NCBI GenBank assembly: GCA_001801745.1
Contig: MGYM01000003.1
Coordinates: forward strand, 26,097-60,409
Length of the DNA: 34,313 nucleotides
Source: Gammaproteobacteria bacterium RIFCSPLOWO2_02_FULL_38_11
GTDB lineage: Bacteria > Pseudomonadota > Gammaproteobacteria > HIGHO2-12-38-15
Direction: 5' to 3'
Shown: in pieces, positions 26,733-34,313 of the stretch
Numbering within the stretch: position 1 is the stretch's first letter
Layout: each line of letters begins with the position of its first letter
Program-made: the position numbers and the translations under genes
Notes under the pieces: generated by a model
Database searches by the model: none
What the model was told of the DNA's origin: nothing
Seen by the model: the letters and a program-made list of their open reading frames with translations, nothing else

Positions 26733-29233
26733 ACAACAATATTGATGATCCTGCCAGGCACAATAATGATTTTTTTTATTTCTTTATTTTCTATTGCGGA
26801 TTTTACTTTTTCATCTTCAAGCGCGATTTTTTCAAGCATTTCTTTTTCAAGATCAGCTTGCACTTCGATCTTAGAACGCATTTTTCCATTTACCTGGATC
26901 ACGATGGTTTGCATCACTGCTTTCAAAGCATCTCGATTAACCTTGGGCCATTTTGCATCGCAGATCCAAGATTCATAACCTAATTTTTTCCATAAATAAT
27001 GCGTGATATGCGGTGCAATAGGCGATAATAGTCGCAATAAAATATTAAATCCTTCTGCTAAAAGCACATTAAAAAAATCAAGTTCTTTTTCAAGAACAGG
27101 CGTTTCGGCTAGCTTGTAAAGTAAATTTAACATCTTCATACACGCAGAAATCACCGTGTTTAATTGTGAACGCTCAAAATCATAACGTGCTTGCTGTAAA
27201 ATCTGATGAAGCTCTCGGCGTGTTTGAGATAAATTTCCTGATGCATTTTCCCATTCAAGCAAGCTTGCACGCTGCGTTTTTAAAAGCATATTGCCATGTT
27301 TTAAAAATTTATCGGCATATTGAAAGACAAAACTCCACAAACGTTTTAAAAAACGATGCGCGCCTTCCAAACCTGCATCAGACCATTCCATGGATTGTTC
27401 TGGTGGTGCTGCAAAAAGAATAAAAACACGCACTGCATCAGCGCCGTATTTTTCGATCATGAGTTTGGGATCAACTGTGTTACCTTTCGACTTCGACATT
27501 TTAACGCCGTCTTTCAAAACAAATCCTTGATTTAATAATCGCAAAAACGGTTCATCACAATTTAAAAAACCTTCATCACGCAATAATTTATGAAAAAAAC
27601 GGGCATACAATAAATGTAAAACAGCATGCTCAATCCCACCTACATATTGATCAACAGGCGTCCAATATTTTGCGCGATCATCTAACATCGCTTGATCCTG
27701 ATTGTAAGAAGCAAATCGTGCGTAATACCAAGATGATTCAACAAATGTATCTAAGGTGTCTGTTTCTCGTTTTGCAGGTTTTAAACAGGAGGGGCATGTC
27801 GTCTCATAAAATGCAGGCATGGTTTTCAAAGGCGAAGCCACACCTTGGAAACTGACTTCTTCAGGCAACACAACAGGGAGATCTTCTTCAGGGACAGGTA
27901 ATACACCACAGGCATCACAATAAATCATGGGGATGGGCGTCCCCCAATAGCGTTGACGCGATACACCCCAATCACGTAAATGGTAATGCGTAGAAACCAC
28001 TCCTTTTTTTTCTTTTTCTAAAAATACAATAATTTTTTTTCTTGCTTCTAATGAAGAAAGTCCATTAAATTGTGCTGAATGAATTAACGTGCCCACGCCG
28101 GTATAAGCTTTTTTTGTAAGATCGCAGGCAGTCGCATCTTCAGGCGCTATCACTTGCTTCAGTGGTAAATTATATTTTTTTGCAAACTCATAATCGCGTT
28201 GATCATGCGCCGGCACTGCCATTACCGCACCAAGACCATATTCCATAATCACAAAATTGGCAATCCACACGGGCAAAGCTGCTTTTGTTACAGGATGTAT
28301 AACCTGTAGTCCCGTATCAATCCCTTTTTTTTCTAATGTAGCAATCGCTTCTTCTGTTATGGGAATTTGTTTACATTCTTCTACAAATTTTAAAACATCT
28401 GTTCGTTGTTTTAATAATGTTTCTACAATAGGATGTTCAGGCGCAATCGCAAGATAAGTGACTCCCCATAAAGTATCAGGCAAGGTCGTGTAAATTTTTA
28501 ATTTTTCGTCACTATGGTTTGCCACTTCAAAAATGATTTCAACGCCTTGTGATTTCCCTATCCAATTGCGTTGTATGGTCTTCACACGCTCCGACCAACC
28601 TTCCAAGCTATCCAAATCACGCAATAATTCTTCAACATAATCTGTGATTTTTAAAAACCATTGCGTGATTTTACGTCGTTCAATCAAGGCGCCCGAACGC
28701 CAACCACGACCGTCCTCGACCTGCTCATTGGCGAGCACCGTTTGTTCTATAGGATCCCAGTTAACGAGCGCTTCTTTCTGATATACCAAACCTTTTTTAT
28801 AAAGCTGGATGAAAAACCATTGTTCCCATCCATAATAATCTGGATCACAAGTTGCAATTTCACGCTTCCAATCATAGGCTAAACCTAGTGATTTAAGCTG
28901 ATTTCGCATAACCTCAATGTTTTTCCGCGTCCATACGGCAGGGGCAATGCCATGCTGGATTGCCGCATTTTCTGCAGGTAAACCAAACGCATCCCAACCA
29001 ATAGGTTGCAACACATTTTTACCGAGCATCCGTTGATAGCGCGCAATGGCATCCGCAATGGCATAATTACGGACATGCCCCATATGCAAATGACCACTGG
29101 GATAAGGGAACATGGACAAGCAATAAAATTTTTCTTTGCTTAATTCTTCCATCCCACTAAAAAGTTCTTTTTCCTCCCAACATTTCTGGATTTTAACTTC
29201 GATAATGCTGGGGTCATATTGTTCTTCAATCAT
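26729..29233 (-). CDS. leuS: Leucyl-tRNA synthetase
   Basis: MFPYPSG.LHMGH (HIGH), GWDAFGLPAENAA, SRQRYWG.PIP, KMSKS. Start at ATG 29233. Confidence 0.98.
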   Translation of the reverse strand: MIEEQYDPSIIEVKIQKCWEEKELFSGMEELSKEKFYCLSMFPYPSGHLHMGHVRNYAIADAIARYQRMLGKNVLQPIGWDAFGLPAENAAIQHGIAPAVWTRKNIEVMRNQLKSLGLAYDWKREIATCDPDYYGWEQWFFIQLYKKGLVYQKEALVNWDPIEQTVLANEQVEDGRGWRSGALIERRKITQWFLKITDYVEELLRDLDSLEGWSERVKTIQRNWIGKSQGVEIIFEVANHSDEKLKIYTTLPDTLWGVTYLAIAPEHPIVETLLKQRTDVLKFVEECKQIPITEEAIATLEKKGIDTGLQVIHPVTKAALPVWIANFVIMEYGLGAVMAVPAHDQRDYEFAKKYNLPLKQVIAPEDATACDLTKKAYTGVGTLIHSAQFNGLSSLEARKKIIVFLEKEKKGVVSTHYHLRDWGVSRQRYWGTPIPMIYCDACGVLPVPEEDLPVVLPEEVSFQGVASPLKTMPAFYETTCPSCLKPAKRETDTLDTFVESSWYYARFASYNQDQAMLDDRAKYWTPVDQYVGGIEHAVLHLLYARFFHKLLRDEGFLNCDEPFLRLLNQGFVLKDGVKMSKSKGNTVDPKLMIEKYGADAVRVFILFAAPPEQSMEWSDAGLEGAHRFLKRLWSFVFQYADKFLKHGNMLLKTQRASLLEWENASGNLSQTRRELHQILQQARYDFERSQLNTVISACMKMLNLLYKLAETPVLEKELDFFNVLLAEGFNILLRLLSPIAPHITHYLWKKLGYESWICDAKWPKVNRDALKAVMQTIVIQVNGKMRSKIEVQADLEKEMLEKIALEDEKVKSAIENKEIKKIIIVPGRIINIVV

Positions 29234-29340
29234 GGCTGGCTTTTCGTTTTTCCTATAAAATTTGTTAGGATAGCTCAAACAACCCAAAACCAACAAGCGC
29301 AATCACTAGATTTTTAACACTCAAGGAAAGGAGGCAATCT

Positions 29341-31595
<2,255 letters not shown>

Positions 31596-31914
31596 TGAAT
31601 TTTTTTGATTTACACGTTTTTAAATTATCAAACAATATCACTATCGTCGCACTGTCTTTTTCGGATTTATGATAGGAGGCGTGCTTTCAATTTACTTTTC
31701 GATAAAAAAATGAAGGGGAGAAACCTCTCCATATCAATCTTAAACATCCTCATCTTTCGGATAAAATTTTATCAAAATAGGCGTAAAAACACTTAAAAAT
31801 ATTTTTTTGTTCATTTTTTGTAAAAAAACTTAGAAAAATCCACAAAAAAAAAGCCTTCCTTATCCTATAATTAATTAAGTAAAAAATTCTTTACGATACT
31901 AAAAGGTGAAAAGA

Positions 31915-34313
31915 GTGTTCATTCAAAAAAAATCACATTTAAAAGCACACCTTGTTTTCAGTTTTTTATTTTTTTCAAAAACTGTTTTTGCCTTGCCCGT
32001 GCTCGATAATGTCACTTCTGGCGATGTAGCCTTATCACAACAATCACTACAAAAACTTGAAGTTACACAAAAATCCCAAAAAGCCATTTTGAATTGGGAA
32101 AGTTTTAATATTCACGAACATGAATCTGTGCATTTCAAACAACCCGAAAATGGCATTACGCTCAACCGTATCAACCCCCGTCAAGGCGTTTCTGAAATTT
32201 TTGGAAAACTTTCTTCAACCGGAAGAATTATTTTAATCAATCCCGCAGGCATTTATTTCGGACCCACCTCTCGCGTCGATGTGGGAAGCCTCATCGCCTC
32301 TACTGCTAATATCACCGATAAAAATTTCTTAAATGGCAAATATCATTTTGCTCAAGAGAAAAAATTTCATGGCGATATCATCAATAAAGGCACACTCATC
32401 GCAAAAAATCATGGTTTGATTGCCTTGGCCGCTGATTCTGTACGTAACGACGGATTGATTGAAGCTAATCTCGGTGAAATCGTATTAGCTTCTGGAAAAA
32501 AATTCACGATCAATTTTGCTGAAAATGATTTAGTAAGTTTTGTCATCGATGCACCACTTTCAGCTGACGCTTCATCAGACGTTGCCATCAACAACACCGG
32601 GGTTCTTCGCGCTGATGGCGGCGAAGTGTTACTGACGGCTCAATCAGCTTCACGCATGTTAGATCAAGCAATCAACATGGAAGGCATCATCCAAGCACAA
32701 AGCGTTTCACAAAAAAATGGCGTCATCATTCTTTCCGGTGATGAAAATTCAAAAATTACTGTTTCAGGAAGTTTAGATGTCTCGGGCAAGAATCCAAATA
32801 CGAAAGGAGGCTCCATTACTGTTACCGGTAATAACCTTTATCTCACAAGCACAGCACAATTGGATGCCTCTGGTGATCAAGGCGGCGGAATAATTCGCGT
32901 AGGCGGTAATTATCGAGGTCAAGGACCTTTATTAAACGCAAATTTCAATACGACTTCGCAAGGCGCAAAGATTTCTGCAGACGCTATTAGCCAAGGTAAC
33001 GGGGGCGAGGTTATCTTCTGGGGTGACACAGCTACCGGTTTTCATGGGTCCATTACTGCCAGAGGGGGCGCCCTGGGTGGTGATGGTGGTTTTGTTGAAA
33101 CCTCAGGAAATTATTTAAGTATCGCAAGCGCAAAAGTAAATACTTCTGCTGCATTTGGTAAATATGGCACATGGTTCCTTGACCCGACCGACGTCAGCAT
33201 CAGCACTTCCGCTACTTCAAATGAAAGTTTTGCAAGCGGAACTTACACCCCATCGACTGATACCGCCAATATTAATACGAGTGAACTTGAAACTAATTTA
33301 GGTAGCGGCAATGTAAGTGTTATTACAACTTCCGGTGGCTCAGGTGCAGGAAATATTACAGTCACGGATTCAATCGCTTGGTCAGCCTCCTCCACTTTAA
33401 CGCTGACTGCAGGAAATAATCTTACAATCAACGCAAGTTCTATTAGCGATTCAAGCGGGGGACTTATTTTAACAGCAACATCCGGCACGATTGGATTAAA
33501 TGGAGCGACGCTTACAGTAGGAAGCGGCGGCTTCACTGCAAATGATCCTGTCCAACTTGGAACGGATGTCACTATCACGGCAGGCACAGGCGCCATCACT
33601 TTTAATGACACCATCAATTCTTCTTCGGCTACAGCACGCAACCTAACCTTGTCTACATCAGGTACGCAAACTTTTCAAGGAATAATCGGAGCAACCAATG
33701 CATTAGCCAGTCTCACAACAGGAACGGGAACTGCTGCAATTAATTCTTGGACGATTACAACAAACGGAAGCACAGGCATGGTTTTCAATGGACCTGTTGT
33801 AGCAGACATGACTTCTCCTACGCCAGCTGTTTTTGACGCAGGAACAGGACCAATTAATTTTACCAGCACGCTTAATTCAGGCTCAGCACAACGCGGAATA
33901 ACTTTGACAACCTCCGGCACTCAAACTTTTGGAGGTGCCGTAGGTGGAACGCTGGCGCTAGACACGCTGGATACGGGGACAGGCAGTGTTGTTATTAATG
34001 GTGGATCAATGACGATAGGAGCAGGCGTCACCGGACAGACTTACAATGGGCCCGTCACACTTGGCGCGGACACCACCTTCACTACAACCAACAAAGCAGT
34101 GACCTTCAATTCCACTTTGAATAGCAGCACCAGTACCGCCCGTGCTTTTACTGCAAGCCTGGGTTCTGGTGCCTTGACCTTCACCGGCAATGTCGGCGCC
34201 ACCAATGCTTTGGCTGCGCTCACACTTAATAACACAGGAACAACCACCATCACCGGTACTTTAACTGGCGCAAGCCTCACAACTAATGCCAGCGGCACAA
34301 CCGTTATTGACGG
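31915..34313 (+). CDS. Filamentous-haemagglutinin/TpsA-type exoprotein (HMW1A/HxuA-like TPS domain), 3' truncated by window edge
   Basis: Frame 1 appears open from GTG 31915 (or 31906) to the window end. It has a signal peptide ...VFA/LP, a TPS domain (AILNWESFNI, LNRI, INPAGIYFG), GGFVETSG and GTWFLDP, then Gly/Thr/Ser/Asn beta-helical repeats. Missing from the track because there is no stop in the window. Confidence 0.9.
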   Translation, partial: MFIQKKSHLKAHLVFSFLFFSKTVFALPVLDNVTSGDVALSQQSLQKLEVTQKSQKAILNWESFNIHEHESVHFKQPENGITLNRINPRQGVSEIFGKLSSTGRIILINPAGIYFGPTSRVDVGSLIASTANITDKNFLNGKYHFAQEKKFHGDIINKGTLIAKNHGLIALAADSVRNDGLIEANLGEIVLASGKKFTINFAENDLVSFVIDAPLSADASSDVAINNTGVLRADGGEVLLTAQSASRMLDQAINMEGIIQAQSVSQKNGVIILSGDENSKITVSGSLDVSGKNPNTKGGSITVTGNNLYLTSTAQLDASGDQGGGIIRVGGNYRGQGPLLNANFNTTSQGAKISADAISQGNGGEVIFWGDTATGFHGSITARGGALGGDGGFVETSGNYLSIASAKVNTSAAFGKYGTWFLDPTDVSISTSATSNESFASGTYTPSTDTANINTSELETNLGSGNVSVITTSGGSGAGNITVTDSIAWSASSTLTLTAGNNLTINASSISDSSGGLILTATSGTIGLNGATLTVGSGGFTANDPVQLGTDVTITAGTGAITFNDTINSSSATARNLTLSTSGTQTFQGIIGATNALASLTTGTGTAAINSWTITTNGSTGMVFNGPVVADMTSPTPAVFDAGTGPINFTSTLNSGSAQRGITLTTSGTQTFGGAVGGTLALDTLDTGTGSVVINGGSMTIGAGVTGQTYNGPVTLGADTTFTTTNKAVTFNSTLNSSTSTARAFTASLGSGALTFTGNVGATNALAALTLNNTGTTTITGTLTGASLTTNASGTTVID

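Noticed and set aside
31605-31852. 63-aa ORF after ligA, and an A9 tract (31844-31852) as a phase-variation switch for the TpsA promoter
   Set aside because: The ORF has no SD or motifs, and A/T homopolymers of this length are common throughout the window.
32409-34298. Minus-strand ORFs 32409..32597, 33243..33641, 33675..33920 and 34041..34298
   Set aside because: Antisense shadows of the plus-strand TpsA gene.

Overview
AT-rich chromosomal window from a host-associated gammaproteobacterium, most likely Legionellales-like. That placement is inferred from the gene set, the CIRCE plus sigma32 groESL promoter, PmrA-type boxes and eukaryote-like effector genes. The housekeeping backbone is sodB (3' end), an NRAMP-like transporter, dsbD, groES-groEL, orn, plsY, two crotonase-family genes, holA-lptE-leuS and ligA. 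Accessory elements interrupt it: a doubly broken F-box effector pseudogene, a BrnT/BrnA toxin-antitoxin pair, several orphan effector-like ORFs, a nested palindromic miniature element and a 1531-aa double-LRR effector candidate. The window ends in the 5' part of a filamentous-haemagglutinin/TpsA gene that the ORF track misses. The most interesting region is ~17.0-25.3 kb, a candidate carrier-protein-free biosynthetic cluster. It encodes an ATP-grasp ligase, an Fe/2OG oxygenase, an AdmH-like Thr-Ser-Gly MIO phenylalanine aminomutase, a HisC-like aminotransferase, an AlaX tRNA trans-editing factor, a LysE exporter and a D-2-hydroxyacid dehydrogenase. Its export/editing half is appended to the leuS operon, whose LeuRS has non-canonical editing-site residues. 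All family calls come from motif recognition by eye; no database searches were run.
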